Source of the DNA: Cyanobium sp. CZS25K | Lineage (GTDB): Bacteria; Cyanobacteriota; Cyanobacteriia; PCC-6307; Cyanobiaceae | Length of the DNA stretch: 64,000 bases | Direction: 5' to 3' | Assembly: GCA_030373325.1 (NCBI GenBank) | Contig: JAUCZB010000003.1 | Location: 60,661-124,660 of the forward strand | Shown here: positions 42,605 to 53,473 of the stretch, in pieces | Layout of the letters: every line of letters begins with the position of its first letter | How positions within the stretch are numbered: position 1 is the first letter of the stretch | Program-made: the position numbers and the translations under genes | Notes under the pieces: generated by a model | Database searches by the model: none | Seen by the model: only the letters and a program-made list of their open reading frames with translations | What the model was told of the DNA's origin: nothing

Positions 42605-43535
42605 CGACGCCTTCCTGGAGCCGCTGGCTCAGCTCCCTGTCGGTGTCTCCACGCTGGCCGCCGTCCATGCGGTGCTCGCAGACGGCGGCCAGCACCGCCT
42701 GCACGTCGTCCGGAATCACATGGTCGCGACCCTCCAGCAACGACCAGGCGCGGGCGGCCGCCACCAGGGCCAGACCGGCCCGCGGGGAGAGGGGATGGCC
42801 CTGGAAGGGCTGGCGGCGGCTGCGCTCCAGAAGGTCGAGCACGTAGTCGAGCAGGGCCCCGCTGCAGTGCTGCCGGTCGCAGCGCTCCTGCAGCTGCAGC
42901 AGGTCATCGGGCCCGAAGGCGTGGGTGATGCCATCCGGCCGCAGGCCCTCGCCCTGCAGCAGGGCCCGTTCCGCCTGGCGGGGGGGGTAGCCGAGGCTGA
43001 GGCGCATCAGGAACCGGTCCAGCTGGGATTCGGGCAGGGCCGAGGTGCCCCCCTGGTCGAGGCCGTTCTGGGTGGCGATCACCAGGAACGGGCGGGGCAG
43101 GGGATGGCTGGTGCCGTCCACGCTCACCCGACCGGCGGCCATCGCCTCCAGCAGGGCGCTCTGGGTGCGGGGGCTGGCCCGGTTGATCTCGTCGGCCAGC
43201 AGCACCTGGCTGAACAGGGGGCCGGGCTGGAAGTGGAAGCTGGCGGCAGCCGGGTCGAACACGTTCAGACCCGTCAGATCGGCGGGAAGCAGGTCACTGG
43301 TGAAGCTGACCCGCTTGAATCCGAGCCCGAAGCTGCGGGCCAGGGCCTCGGCCAGGGTGGTCTTGCCCATGCCCGGCAGGTCCTCGATCAGGAGGTGGCC
43401 GCGGGCCAGCAGGCAGGCCAGGGCCAGCCGCACCTGATGCTCCTTGCCCAGCAGCACCTCGCCGATCGCGCTGATCACCGGCTGGAGAGGGGACGTGGGC
43501 ACGGGGGGAGTGCGGTGCACCGGTGGCCCATCCAT
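42591..43535 (-). CDS. MoxR-family AAA ATPase
   Basis: 'EDLPGMGKT', 'FTSDLLPAD', 'LADEINRA.PRTQSALLEAM', 'QLDRF'. Confidence 0.93.
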   Translation of the reverse strand: MDGPPVHRTPPVPTSPLQPVISAIGEVLLGKEHQVRLALACLLARGHLLIEDLPGMGKTTLAEALARSFGLGFKRVSFTSDLLPADLTGLNVFDPAAASFHFQPGPLFSQVLLADEINRASPRTQSALLEAMAAGRVSVDGTSHPLPRPFLVIATQNGLDQGGTSALPESQLDRFLMRLSLGYPPRQAERALLQGEGLRPDGITHAFGPDDLLQLQERCDRQHCSGALLDYVLDLLERSRRQPFQGHPLSPRAGLALVAAARAWSLLEGRDHVIPDDVQAVLAAVCEHRMDGGQRGDTDRELSQRLQEGVDGLR

Positions 43536-43612
43536 TGCAGCAGTCCGGCCACCCTTCCGTGTTACAACCGCCTCAATGTTCGCTGGAGCCGGTGTCAGCT
43601 CACCACCCGGCG

Positions 43613-44782
43613 ATGGGGACGGCTGAACCGCCGGATCGCCATGGCGGCAATCTGCAGGCGGCCGCCCGCCGTCTCGGTTGCCGCCCGGATCAGCTGCTGG
43701 ATGCCAGCGCCTCCCTGGTGCCCTTCGGTCCTCCGCCCCGCCTGCGGCGCCTGCTCCGCCGGGCGCTGGCCACCGATCTGCGGGACTATCCCGACCGGGA
43801 GTACGGGGCCCTCTGCGGCGCCATCGCCCGCTGGCATGGGCTGGATCCGGCCATGGTCCTGCCCGGCAACGGCGCCGCCGAGCTGTTCACCTGGGCCGCG
43901 CGGGACGCCGCCGCCTGCGGCCTGAGCCTGCTGCCGGCGCCGGGGTTCGCCGACTATCGCCGGGCCCTCGGCTGCTGGGGTGGCGACTGGCGCAGCCTGC
44001 CACTGCCCCTGGCGTGGAGCGAGGCCGGTCCCTCCGCCTGGCCCCTGGCGGCGGCCACCACCACCATCGAGACCGCCATCGAGACCGCCATCGAGACCAC
44101 CTCCACCACGGCGTCCTCCCGTCCGGCCGTCCTGTGGCTCACCAATCCCCACAACCCCACCGGCCAGCTCTGGCGGCGGGCGTCGCTGGAGCCCCTGCTG
44201 GAGCGCTTCTCCCTGGTGATCGTCGACGAGGCCTTCCTGCCGCTGGTGCCCGCCGGCGAGGACCAGTCGCTGGTGCCGTTGCTGCGGGACCATCCCAATC
44301 TCGTGGTGATCCGCAGTCTCACCAAGCTGTTCGCGATCGCCGGGCTGCGGCTCGGCTATGCCCTGGGCGGCGCCGGGCGGCTGGCCCGCTGGTCCGCCTG
44401 GCGCGACCCCTGGCCCGTCAACGGTCTGGCGGCGGCCGCGGGGCAGTTCCTGCTGGACGATCAGGTCGGCCTGCGGCGCTGGCAGGAACGGGTCCAGCAC
44501 TGGGTGGCCGCGGAGGGGGCCTGGCTGGCGGCCCGTCTGGCGGAGGTGCCGGGACTGGAGCCCCTGCCCTCGGCCGCCAATTTCCTGCTGGTGCGGAGCC
44601 GTCCGCCGGCCGGTTCGCTCCAGCCCCTCAGGCTGGCGCTGGAGCGTCAGCACCGGATCCTGCTGCGGGACTGCCGCTCCTTCGAGGGGCTGGGGGAGGA
44701 CTGGCTGCGGATCGCCGTGCAGGGACGGGCCGGCAACCGCCGCCTGCTGGGAGCCCTGCAGCGCTTCAGCCGCGGCCGATGA
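43613..44782 (+). CDS. PLP-dependent L-threonine-O-3-phosphate decarboxylase (CobD/HisC-like)
   Basis: 'HGGN', 'GNGAAE', 'NPHNPTG', 'DEAF', '[16 protein letters not shown]'. Confidence 0.85.
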   Translation: MGTAEPPDRHGGNLQAAARRLGCRPDQLLDASASLVPFGPPPRLRRLLRRALATDLRDYPDREYGALCGAIARWHGLDPAMVLPGNGAAELFTWAARDAAACGLSLLPAPGFADYRRALGCWGGDWRSLPLPLAWSEAGPSAWPLAAATTTIETAIETAIETTSTTASSRPAVLWLTNPHNPTGQLWRRASLEPLLERFSLVIVDEAFLPLVPAGEDQSLVPLLRDHPNLVVIRSLTKLFAIAGLRLGYALGGAGRLARWSAWRDPWPVNGLAAAAGQFLLDDQVGLRRWQERVQHWVAAEGAWLAARLAEVPGLEPLPSAANFLLVRSRPPAGSLQPLRLALERQHRILLRDCRSFEGLGEDWLRIAVQGRAGNRRLLGALQRFSRGR

Positions 44783-45848
44783 CCTGCTCGATCACCTGCA
44801 CCAGCCTCCGGTCGGCGTCCCGCACCGCCAGGGTCTCCATGCCGTTGCGCATCTGATCGAGGGGGTCGGCGCAGGCGGGGGTGCCCCGCAGGCGGGGCCC
44901 CAGCAACCGCCACACCGCCCGGGCCAGGGCCGGCTCCCCGGGCCCGTGCTGCCAGACGATCACCGCGGCGCCCAGGCTGGCGGCGGCGGCGGCATTGGCA
45001 TCCTGGTGCTGATCGGCGGCCTGGGGGAAAGGCACCAGGATCGCCGGCGTGCCGCAGACGGCGAGTTCGCTGAGGCTGCCGGCGCCGGCGCGGCTGATGG
45101 CCAGATCGCAGTGCTGCAGCAGCCCCGGCAGCTCGTCACTGAAGGCCCGCTCCACCACCCCGTCGAGGTGCAGCTGACCGGCGTCCGGATCCTGGCTGCC
45201 GGTGAGATGCACGATCCGGCAGCCACTCGCCGCCAGCAGCGGCAGCAGCGGCCGCACCATGCGGTTGAGGCGCAGGGCCCCCTGGCTGCCGCCCATCACC
45301 AGCAGCAGGGGGCCGCTGCCCCGGGGCACCCACGCCGGCAGGGCCGCTGAAGCGAGGAAGGCACGCCGCACCGGGGTGCCGCACACCAGGGGCCGGCAGC
45401 GGGGCAGGCGCTCGACCGCCTGGGGAAGGCCCACCGCCACGCGGGTGCAGAGGGGACCCAGCAGCCGGGTCACCCGGCCTGGGATGGCGTTGCTGTCATG
45501 CAGCACCACGGGCACCCCGCACCAGCGGGCGGCCAGGATCGCCGGCGCGGCGATGTACCCCCCGCTGCTGAACACCGCGCTCACCCCCTCGCGCCGGATC
45601 AGGCGCCGCACCGGCAGCACGGCCAGGAGCAGCTGGAGCAGGTTCCAGAGCTTCCGCAGTCCTTTCCCCTGCAGCCCGCCGGCCCGCACCGTGTGCAGGG
45701 GGTAGCGGCTGGGCACCAGCTCGGTCTCCAGCCGGTCCGGCACCCCCAGCCAGTGCACCTGCCAGTCGCTCGGCAGGGCCTCGGCCACCGCCAGGGCGGG
45801 GAACAGGTGGCCACCCGTGCCGCTGGCGGCGATCAGCAGGGTCGGCAT
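44766..45848 (-). CDS. murG: MurG glycosyltransferase
   Basis: '[10 protein letters not shown]', 'GGY', 'GTPVR', 'GGSQGA', '[10 protein letters not shown]', 'HQDANA'. Confidence 0.95.
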   Translation of the reverse strand: MPTLLIAASGTGGHLFPALAVAEALPSDWQVHWLGVPDRLETELVPSRYPLHTVRAGGLQGKGLRKLWNLLQLLLAVLPVRRLIRREGVSAVFSSGGYIAAPAILAARWCGVPVVLHDSNAIPGRVTRLLGPLCTRVAVGLPQAVERLPRCRPLVCGTPVRRAFLASAALPAWVPRGSGPLLLVMGGSQGALRLNRMVRPLLPLLAASGCRIVHLTGSQDPDAGQLHLDGVVERAFSDELPGLLQHCDLAISRAGAGSLSELAVCGTPAILVPFPQAADQHQDANAAAAASLGAAVIVWQHGPGEPALARAVWRLLGPRLRGTPACADPLDQMRNGMETLAVRDADRRLVQVIEQVIGRG

Positions 45849-45925
45849 GGGCGGGTGGGACGAGCGCGCCTAACTTAAAAGCTGATTCCGGTCCGCTCAC
45901 CGCTGCCCCGGTTCCCTCCCTCTCC

Positions 45926-46717
45926 ATGGCCCCGTCCCGCCCGCTGAACGCTCCCCTGCACCCGGTTCGCTCACCCGAGCGGTTGGGCGCCCTGCTGGTG
46001 GCCGTGGCGCTGGCCGGCGGAGGTGTGGCTCCCGTCCTGGCGGCCCCCCCCTCCGCTGCCCAGCTGCAGGCCCTCGAGAGCGCCCTCAACAGCAGTTCCG
46101 ACACGGCCCTGGCCGGTCTGCTGCGGGCCGGCCCAGGGCTGGATCCGGCCCAGCTGGAGAGCCGTCGCCGCCTGCTGCGGCAGCAGTTCCCCGATGCCCG
46201 CTGGCAGCTGAGCACCGGTGCCCAGCTGCGGGATGGCCAGCCCACGGTCACCCTGCGGGTGGCCGGCACCCGGCGCCAGGGCGGCACCACCTACCGGCTT
46301 GAGGCCGAGCAGCAGCTGGCCCTCCAGAGCGACGGCACCCGCATCAACGGCCAGACGGTGCTGCGGGAGCGTTCCCTGCTGCGCAGCGGCGACAAGCCCC
46401 TGCCGGTGAGCCTGCTGATTCCCGATGCGGTGCTGACCGGTCAGCGTTACGACGTCGACGTGATCTTTGATGAGCCGCTCGACGGTGCCCTTGCCGCCGG
46501 CGGCATCACGGCCATCACCCCCCAGCAGCAGGCCACGATGGACAGCCCGAGCATGGAACTCGGCGCCCTCGGGGGCGGGGGACTGTTCAAGACCGTGAAG
46601 GCGCCCCTGTCCCCCGGTTCCCAGACCTGGGCCGTGCTGCTGGTGCATCCCGACGGCATCGTCAGCGCCACCAAGCGGGTGCGCGTCGTCGCCGATCGCC
46701 AATCGCTCCAGCCCTGA
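45926..46717 (+). CDS. Conserved cyanobacterial exported protein
   Basis: Signal peptide; 'IPDAVLTGQRYDVD.IF.EPL', 'GGLFK'. Confidence 0.7.
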   Translation: MAPSRPLNAPLHPVRSPERLGALLVAVALAGGGVAPVLAAPPSAAQLQALESALNSSSDTALAGLLRAGPGLDPAQLESRRRLLRQQFPDARWQLSTGAQLRDGQPTVTLRVAGTRRQGGTTYRLEAEQQLALQSDGTRINGQTVLRERSLLRSGDKPLPVSLLIPDAVLTGQRYDVDVIFDEPLDGALAAGGITAITPQQQATMDSPSMELGALGGGGLFKTVKAPLSPGSQTWAVLLVHPDGIVSATKRVRVVADRQSLQP

Positions 46718-46720
46718 GCC

Positions 46721-47446
46721 ATGGGCCGACCGCATCGGATCTGGGTGGTGGATGACGATCCGGACCTGCGCCATCTTCTGTCCACCTACCTGGGGGAACA
46801 GGGTTATGAGGTCCGCTGCATGGGCGATGGCGCCCAGCTGATGGCCCGGCTGGAGGGCCAGCGTCCCGATCTGCTGGTGCTCGACCTGATGCTTCCAGGC
46901 GACGACGGTCTCACTCTGCTGCGGCGCCTCCGGGACGGGGCCGACGACCTGCCGGTGCTGATGCTCACGGCCCGGGCCGATGCGGTGGATCGCATCATCG
47001 GCCTGGAGCAGGGGGCCGACGATTACCTCGCCAAGCCCTTTCTGCCCCGGGAGCTGACCGCCCGCATCGAGGCGGTGCTGCGCCGCCGCGGCACGCTCCC
47101 CGGCGGATTGCCCCAGCCCGATGGGGCGCGGGTCGCTTTCGGCGACCTGGAGGTGGATCTGGCGGCCCGCACCCTGGAGCGCCAGGGGGAGACGCTGGCG
47201 ATCACCGGCGGCGAATTCGCCCTGCTGGCGGCCTTCGTGCAGCATCCCCACCGGCCCCTGTCCCGGGAGCGGCTGATCGAACTGGCCCGGGGCCCGGGCA
47301 GCGACACCGACAGCCGCAGCATGGACGTGCAGGTGTCACGGCTGCGGCGGCTGATCGAACCGGAACCGGCCCGGCCCCGCTATGTGCAGACGGTCTGGGG
47401 CTACGGCTACGTGTTCGTCCCCGATGGCAAGCCCCGCCAGTCCTGA
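46721..47446 (+). CDS. OmpR-family response regulator
   Basis: VVDDD, 'LDLMLPG', 'GADDYLAKPF', wHTH 'QTVWGYGY'. Confidence 0.95.
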   Translation: MGRPHRIWVVDDDPDLRHLLSTYLGEQGYEVRCMGDGAQLMARLEGQRPDLLVLDLMLPGDDGLTLLRRLRDGADDLPVLMLTARADAVDRIIGLEQGADDYLAKPFLPRELTARIEAVLRRRGTLPGGLPQPDGARVAFGDLEVDLAARTLERQGETLAITGGEFALLAAFVQHPHRPLSRERLIELARGPGSDTDSRSMDVQVSRLRRLIEPEPARPRYVQTVWGYGYVFVPDGKPRQS

Positions 47447-48812
47447 GCGCGCCTGGCGGCCTTCGCTGCCGCGCACGCTGGCTTACCTTCTGGCGGGCAC
47501 CGCGGCCGCCTTCCTCAGTCTGGTGATGCTGCAGGTGCTTCTCGGCCGGCGGCTGGCCCAGCAGCAGCTGGTCCAGACAGGCTCGGAGGTGGCCTCGAAC
47601 GTGGTGCTGGGGGAAGTGGCCCTGGAGCGTTTCAGCCCCGAGGTGCTCGGCAAGATCAGCGGCATGCGCCTGGCGGTCGGCAACCTGCCGGAGTCCGCCA
47701 CGAGCGCCGACCGGCGCCTGCGCTGGCAGACCCACCGGCTGCAGCGGGAACTGTGCCGTCGCCTGGGCCGTTGTCCGGCGGTGCGGCCGGCCTTGTTGCC
47801 TCGGCGGGGCGTGTGGGTGGAGATGGCCTCGTCCCTCGAGAGGGTGTGGCTGTTCGCCCCCCTGCCCTCCCCCCGTGGCTGGCCGCCCGATCCGTTCTTT
47901 CTGTCCCTGTCCATCGGCCTGGGGGGCCTCGGAGCCCTGCTGCTCTACCTCACGCTGGAGATCCAGCGGCCCCTGCTCCGCCTGCAGGAGGCCCTGGCTG
48001 ATGTGGGTCTCGAGGCCCTGCCCACCGCCCTGCCGGCCATGGGCGCCCCGGCGGTGCGCCAGCTGATGGCCCGTTTCAACGCCATGCTGCTGCGGCTGGA
48101 GGATGCCAGCCGGGAGCGCACCACGATGCTGGCGGGCATCGCCCATGACCTGCGCAGTCCCCTCACCCGGCTGCGGTTGCGCCTCGCCTTCGCCGCCGAG
48201 GGCCCCCTGCCGCCGCAGGAACTGGAGCGGGCCCAGGCCGACATCCGCTCGATCGAGCGGATCACCCGCCAGTTCATGATCTTCGCGGGGGCGGAAGCCA
48301 GCGAAGTGCCGGTGCTTGTGCCGCTCGATGCCCTGGTGGCGGAGTCGGCGGCGGCGGTGGAGGAGGTGCCCCTGGAGCTGGATCTGGAACCACTGGTCCG
48401 GCGGGTCCGCCCGATTGCCCTGGCACGGGCGGTGGGCAACCTGCTCGACAACGCCCAGACCTACGGCCGCCCGCCCCTGCGGGTGGTGCTGCGGCCCCTG
48501 GGCATGGGGCAGGGGGCGGGTGGAACCCAGGGCGAAGCGGGGCCCGTGGAGAGCGGCTTCGAAATCCAGGTCTGGGACAGCGGCGACGGCATCGACCCGG
48601 AGCAGTGGCACAGGGCGATGACGCCCTTCCAGCGGCTTGATCAGGCCCGTGGCGGCGAAGGGCACTGCGGGCTGGGCCTGGCCATCGCCGCCAAGGTGGC
48701 CCGGGACCACGGCGGCGACCTGCGGCGGCTGGAGGCGCCGGGGGACGGTGCCGATCCGGCGCCAGGGCGTTTCGGCGTGGCGCTCCGGGCCTGGCCCCTG
48801 CCTGGCGAATGA
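47424..48812 (+). CDS. EnvZ-like sensor histidine kinase
   Basis: Two TMs, HAMP, H-box 'AHDLRSPLTR', N-box 'NLLDNA', G-boxes 'DSGDG' and 'GLGLAI'. Confidence 0.93.
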   Translation: MASPASPERAWRPSLPRTLAYLLAGTAAAFLSLVMLQVLLGRRLAQQQLVQTGSEVASNVVLGEVALERFSPEVLGKISGMRLAVGNLPESATSADRRLRWQTHRLQRELCRRLGRCPAVRPALLPRRGVWVEMASSLERVWLFAPLPSPRGWPPDPFFLSLSIGLGGLGALLLYLTLEIQRPLLRLQEALADVGLEALPTALPAMGAPAVRQLMARFNAMLLRLEDASRERTTMLAGIAHDLRSPLTRLRLRLAFAAEGPLPPQELERAQADIRSIERITRQFMIFAGAEASEVPVLVPLDALVAESAAAVEEVPLELDLEPLVRRVRPIALARAVGNLLDNAQTYGRPPLRVVLRPLGMGQGAGGTQGEAGPVESGFEIQVWDSGDGIDPEQWHRAMTPFQRLDQARGGEGHCGLGLAIAAKVARDHGGDLRRLEAPGDGADPAPGRFGVALRAWPLPGE

Positions 48813-48930
48813 GAGGCCGGCGGCGGCGGCTGGCCGGTGTCAGTTGCATCCGGTCACAGATGGCGCTGCGCCAGTCGGATGGCCGTCACACCTGCCGGTC
48901 ACGATGAAGAGGTCGATGAATCTTCCTCCC

Positions 48931-49341
48931 ATGCCTTCCCTGCTTCGCCATCCCCTCCGGGCCACCGTCCTGGCCATGGCCCTGTGCTCCACCGGTGCCG
49001 CCCTGGCCCAGGCGGCCCCTTCCGGCCCGGCGCGGCCCACGCCGGCTCAGATGCAGAAGATCTTCCCCGAACAGAAGCGGCTGGCCATCAGCGATCAGCA
49101 GGCCCGCATCGCCATCCTCCAGAGGGGCGAACGCTGCCTGTCGGCCGCCGGCAGCAGCCAGGCCCTGCGCACCTGCATGAAGGAGCAGCGCGACGCCAGC
49201 CAGCGCCAGCGCCAGCAGCACCGCACCGCCATGAAATCCCTGCTGGAGCGCAACGGCATTCCCCTGCCCCAGTGGGGCAGCGGCGAACGCAAGGGGAAGT
49301 GGGGCGGTGAGCGTCCCCAGGGCCGCCCCGGCGACGTCTGA
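48931..49341 (+). CDS. Small exported helical protein
   Basis: Signal peptide ending ALA; Gln/Arg-rich helices with a Cys pair. Confidence 0.65.
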   Translation: MPSLLRHPLRATVLAMALCSTGAALAQAAPSGPARPTPAQMQKIFPEQKRLAISDQQARIAILQRGERCLSAAGSSQALRTCMKEQRDASQRQRQQHRTAMKSLLERNGIPLPQWGSGERKGKWGGERPQGRPGDV

Positions 49342-49362
49342 AGCCGGAGGCACCGCCGGGGC

Positions 49363-50568
49363 TCAGGCCTCGTCGAGGGCCGCCACGCCGGGCAGCACCT
49401 TGCCTTCCAGCAGCTCCAGGCTGGCGCCCCCGCCGGTGGAGATGTGGCTCATCTTCTCGGCCACGCCCACCTTCTCCACCGCCGCCACCGAATCACCGCC
49501 GCCGATGATCGTGCAGCAGCCCTTGCCGCTCAGGTCGGCGAGGGTGTGGGCGATGGCGTTGGTGCCGGCGGCGAAGGCGTCGAACTCGAACACGCCCATG
49601 GGGCCGTTCCAGATCACGGTCTGGCAGTCGGCCAGGGCCTCCTGGAAGGCCTTCACCGAATCGGGGCCGATGTCGAGGCCCATCCAGCCATCGGGGATCG
49701 CGTCGATCGCGGTGGTCCGGCTGTTGGCGTCGGGGGCGAAGTTGTCGGCCAGCACCACATCGGTGGGCAGCAGCAGCTGGACGCCCTTGGCGGCCGCCTT
49801 GGCTTCGAGTTCCTTGGCGAGCTCCAGCTTGTCTTCCTCCACCAGGCTCTTGCCCACCGCCAGGCCACGGGCCTTGTAGAAAGTGAAGATCATGCCGCCG
49901 CCGATCAGCACCTTGTCGCACTTGTCGATCAGCGACTCCAGCACGCCGATCTTGCTGCTCACCTTGGAGCCGCCCACGATCGCCGCCAGGGGGCGCTTCG
50001 GTTCATCGATGGCACCCTGCAGGTACTGCAGCTCCTTCTCCATCAGGAAGCCGGCCACGCTGGGGCTGAGATACTTGGTGACGCCCTCGGTGGAGGCGTG
50101 GGCCCGGTGGGCGGCGCCGAAGGCATCGTTCACATAAATATCGGCCAGGGCGGCCAGTTGCTCGGCGAAGCCGGGGTCGTTCTTCTCTTCCTCGGCGAAG
50201 AAGCGCACGTTCTCGAGCAGCACCACATCGCCATCGGCCATGGCGGCCACCTTGGCTTCAGCGTCGGGGCCGATGCAGCTGTCGGTCTTGACGACGGGTT
50301 TGCCCAGCAGTTCGCTGAGGCGGGCCGCCACCGGGGTGAGGCGCATCGCCTCGTTCACCTGGCCCTTGGGCCGGCCGAAGTGGGCGGCCAGCAGCACCCG
50401 GGCGCCGTGGTCGATCAGGTGGCGCACCGTGGGCAGGGCGGCCCGGATGCGGGTGTCGTCGGTGATGGCGCCCGCGTCGTCGAGGGGCACGTTGAAGTCG
50501 ACCCTGACCAGCACCCGCTTGCCGCGGAGATCATCGGCGCTGAGGCTGGAGAGGGATCGCTTCGCCAT
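49363..50568 (-). CDS. pgk: Phosphoglycerate kinase
   Basis: 'RVDFNVP', 'LLENVRF', '[13 protein letters not shown]', 'STGGGASLE'. Confidence 0.98.
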   Translation of the reverse strand: MAKRSLSSLSADDLRGKRVLVRVDFNVPLDDAGAITDDTRIRAALPTVRHLIDHGARVLLAAHFGRPKGQVNEAMRLTPVAARLSELLGKPVVKTDSCIGPDAEAKVAAMADGDVVLLENVRFFAEEEKNDPGFAEQLAALADIYVNDAFGAAHRAHASTEGVTKYLSPSVAGFLMEKELQYLQGAIDEPKRPLAAIVGGSKVSSKIGVLESLIDKCDKVLIGGGMIFTFYKARGLAVGKSLVEEDKLELAKELEAKAAAKGVQLLLPTDVVLADNFAPDANSRTTAIDAIPDGWMGLDIGPDSVKAFQEALADCQTVIWNGPMGVFEFDAFAAGTNAIAHTLADLSGKGCCTIIGGGDSVAAVEKVGVAEKMSHISTGGGASLELLEGKVLPGVAALDEA

Positions 50569-50708
50569 GGTTACAGATAAGGAAAGGCGGGGGGAGATTA
50601 GCCCCCGGGCCGTCCCGCCCCGCCGCCGGCGCGATTCGGTTCTTCCCACCTCCCGTCCCTGGCACCCGCAACGGTCGGCGCTAGGACAAGGGGGCTGGGC
50701 CTTCCGCC

Positions 50709-51092
50709 ATGTTCGACACCGTTCTTTTCCCCATCGACCAGAGCCGCCAGACGATGGAAACCGCGGCCGTCGCCCTGCAGCTCGCCCAGCGCCATGGCAG
50801 CCGGGTGGTGCTGCTGTCGGTGGTGGAGGCCGAGGAGGGCGTGATGCACGATCCGGCCGATGTGGCCCGGTTGCTGGAGCAGGCCCGCGCCAGCTTCACC
50901 CAGGCCGGGGTGAGCTGCGAGGTGCTGGAGCGGGAGGGAAAGCCGGCCTTCGTGATCGGCGATGTGGCCGATGAGATCAATGCCGACGTGATCGTCATGG
51001 GCACCCGGGGCATCACCCTGGAGGGCGACCACCAGAGCACTGCCGCCCGGGTGCTGCAGCTGGCGCCATGTCCGGTGCTGGTGGTGCCCTGA
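50709..51092 (+). CDS. Universal stress protein
   Basis: 'VLFPIDQS', 'DVIVMGTRG', 'APCPVLVVP'. Confidence 0.92.
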   Translation: MFDTVLFPIDQSRQTMETAAVALQLAQRHGSRVVLLSVVEAEEGVMHDPADVARLLEQARASFTQAGVSCEVLEREGKPAFVIGDVADEINADVIVMGTRGITLEGDHQSTAARVLQLAPCPVLVVP

Positions 51093-51982
51093 TGCCGGAC
51101 CCCGGCGACACGGTCCGCCTCAGCACGGCCGCCCCACCGATCCAGTGGTACCCGGGCCACATCGCCAAGGCGGAGAAGGCCCTCAGCGCCAACCTGGAGA
51201 AGGTGGATCTGGTGATCGAGGTGCGCGATGCCCGCATCCCCCTGGCCACCGGGCACCCGCGCCTGCAGCGCTGGATCCGGGGCAAGCAGCATCTGCTGGT
51301 GATCAACCGCCGCGACATGGTCAGTCCCGAGGCCCGCCTGGCCTGGGATGGCTGGTTCCGCCAGCGGGGCGAGGTGCCCTGGTGGTGCGACGCCAAGGTC
51401 GGCACCGGTGTGAAACAGCTGCAGCAGGCGGCGATCCGGGCCGGGGAGCAGCTCAACACCCGCCGGGCCGGCCGCGGCATGCGCCCCAGGCCGGTGCGGG
51501 CCCTGATGCTGGGCTTCCCCAACGTCGGCAAGTCGGCGCTGATCAACCGGCTGGTGCGCCAGAAGGTGGTGGAGAGCGCCCGCCGGGCCGGTGTCACCCG
51601 CAGCCTGCGCTGGGTGCGGCTGGGTCAGGATCTCGACCTGCTCGACGCTCCTGGCGTGCTGCCCCCCCGCCTCGATGACCAGCTGGCCGGGCTGCGGCTC
51701 GCTCTCTGCGACGACATCGGCCAGGCCTCCTACGACGGCGAGGCGGTGGCCCAGGCTTTCCTTCGCTTGCTGGCGCAGCTGGAGCCGGTGGCGGCGGCGG
51801 GCGTGGCGCCGGACCTGCTGGAGCGCCGCTACGGGGTGGCGGCGTCCGACCCCGACGCCTGGCTCGCCGCGGCGGCGGCCCGCCACACCAGCGGCGACAC
51901 CGCCCGCATGGCCCAGCGCCTCCTCGATGATTTCCGCCGCTCGCTGCTCGGGGCGATCGCCCTGGAGCTGCCTCCTGGATGA
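51092..51982 (+). CDS. ylqF: Ribosome biogenesis GTPase YlqF/RbgA
   Basis: 'IQWYPGHIAKA', 'EVRDARIP', 'GFPNVGKS', 'LLDAPG'. Confidence 0.95.
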   Translation: MPDPGDTVRLSTAAPPIQWYPGHIAKAEKALSANLEKVDLVIEVRDARIPLATGHPRLQRWIRGKQHLLVINRRDMVSPEARLAWDGWFRQRGEVPWWCDAKVGTGVKQLQQAAIRAGEQLNTRRAGRGMRPRPVRALMLGFPNVGKSALINRLVRQKVVESARRAGVTRSLRWVRLGQDLDLLDAPGVLPPRLDDQLAGLRLALCDDIGQASYDGEAVAQAFLRLLAQLEPVAAAGVAPDLLERRYGVAASDPDAWLAAAAARHTSGDTARMAQRLLDDFRRSLLGAIALELPPG

Positions 51983-52935
51983 TGGCCGCGTTCGGCGTAG
52001 GCGAAGGGGAGCTGCTCACGCTCCACTACCCGAAGCCGCTGCCGATGCGGCTCGATCGCTGGCTGGTGTCCCAGCGACCCGAGCAGAGCCGCGCCCGCAT
52101 CCAGAAGTTCATCGAGGCGGGGTATGTGCGGGTGAACGGCGTCACGGGCAGGGCCAAGACGCCCCTGCGCACCGACGACACCGTGGAGCTGTGGATGCCG
52201 CCGCCGGAGCCCCTGCCCTACCTGGTGCCCCAGCCGATGGCGCTGGATGTGCTGTTCGAGGACGAGCATCTGATCGTGATCAACAAGCCCGCCGGGCTCA
52301 CGGTCCACCCGGCCCCCGGCAACAGGGACGGCACCCTGGTGAACGGCCTGCTGCACCACTGCCCCGACCTGCCCGGCATCGGCGGCGAGATGCGGCCCGG
52401 CATCGTGCACCGCCTCGACAAGGACACCACCGGCTGCATCGTGGTCGCCAAGAGCCAGGAGGCCCTGGTGAAGCTGCAGGTGCAGATCCAGAAGCGCATC
52501 GCCTCGCGGGAGTACCTGGCGGTGGTGCACGGCCGGCCGGCGGCCGAGAGCGGCACGATCGTGGGCGCCATCGGCCGCCATCCGGCCGATCGCAAGAAGT
52601 ACGCCGTGGTGACCGACACCACCGGCCGCCATGCCTGCACCCACTGGCGCCTGATCGAACCCCTCGGCGACCATGCCCTGCTGCGCTTCAGGCTCGACAC
52701 GGGCCGCACCCACCAGATCCGGGTGCACTGCGCCCACATGGGCCATCCCATCGTGGGGGATGCCACCTACGGCCGCTGCCGCCGGCTGCCCGTGGCCCTT
52801 CCCGGCCAGGCCCTGCATGCGGTGCGGCTGGCTCTCGACCACCCGATCAGCGGCGAGCGGCTGGTGTGCGAGGCGGAACTGCCGGAGGTGTTCGAGAAGC
52901 TGCTGCTGACCCTGCGCCGCCGCGTTCACGCCTGA
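51979..52935 (+). CDS. RluA/RluD-family pseudouridine synthase
   Basis: S4 domain, 'NKPAGLTVHP', 'HRLDKDTTG', 'TGRTHQIRVH'. Confidence 0.95.
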   Translation: MMAAFGVGEGELLTLHYPKPLPMRLDRWLVSQRPEQSRARIQKFIEAGYVRVNGVTGRAKTPLRTDDTVELWMPPPEPLPYLVPQPMALDVLFEDEHLIVINKPAGLTVHPAPGNRDGTLVNGLLHHCPDLPGIGGEMRPGIVHRLDKDTTGCIVVAKSQEALVKLQVQIQKRIASREYLAVVHGRPAAESGTIVGAIGRHPADRKKYAVVTDTTGRHACTHWRLIEPLGDHALLRFRLDTGRTHQIRVHCAHMGHPIVGDATYGRCRRLPVALPGQALHAVRLALDHPISGERLVCEAELPEVFEKLLLTLRRRVHA

Positions 52936-53450
52936 TCCGGCGCCTCGGAACGCGCCTCGGCCCGTTCCCCGCCCCAGTTCTTGAAGGCCAGCAGGGCCAG
53001 GGTCACCAGCGCCATGCCGGCGCCGGCGAAGAAGATCCCCTGGCCGTTGCCGGTGGGGAGGGAGGGGTCGTCCGGCTGGAAGCTGTTGAGCAGTTCCAGG
53101 AAGGAGATCGCCATCGCCAGGATGATGAAGTTGGCGAACATTCCCTTCACTTCGTGGAAGTTCCGGAAGCTGAGCGTCCGCGGCAGCTTCAGCTCGCTGA
53201 TGAACAGGGAGAACATGCCGATCGCCAGGGCCAGGCAGCCCGTTCCCACCAGCAGCAGATCGATGCCTTCGAGGATGTCCATCTCGAAGCGGTTGAGGTG
53301 CACCAGGTCGGTGATGCCGACCAGGGCCAGCCGCAGCTGCTCCAGGATCAGCCGGCTGCCGCGGATGAACAGGGCCAGGCAGCTGGCCAGCAGCGCCAGG
53401 ATCGGAACGAGGGTGAGGTAGCGGGCGCGGAGGAGCAGGCGGCGCAGCAT
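52926..53450 (-). CDS. YqhA/UPF0114-like membrane protein
   Basis: Four TM helices; 'ID.LL', 'GMFSLFIS'; start at ATG 53450. Confidence 0.7.
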   Translation of the reverse strand: MLRRLLLRARYLTLVPILALLASCLALFIRGSRLILEQLRLALVGITDLVHLNRFEMDILEGIDLLLVGTGCLALAIGMFSLFISELKLPRTLSFRNFHEVKGMFANFIILAMAISFLELLNSFQPDDPSLPTGNGQGIFFAGAGMALVTLALLAFKNWGGERAEARSEAPDQA

Positions 53451-53473
53451 GGCGGCAAGGAATGGATGGGGGT

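Noticed and set aside
39840-43535. MoxR-DUF58-transglutaminase as a novel system
   Set aside because: Widespread, already described gene trio
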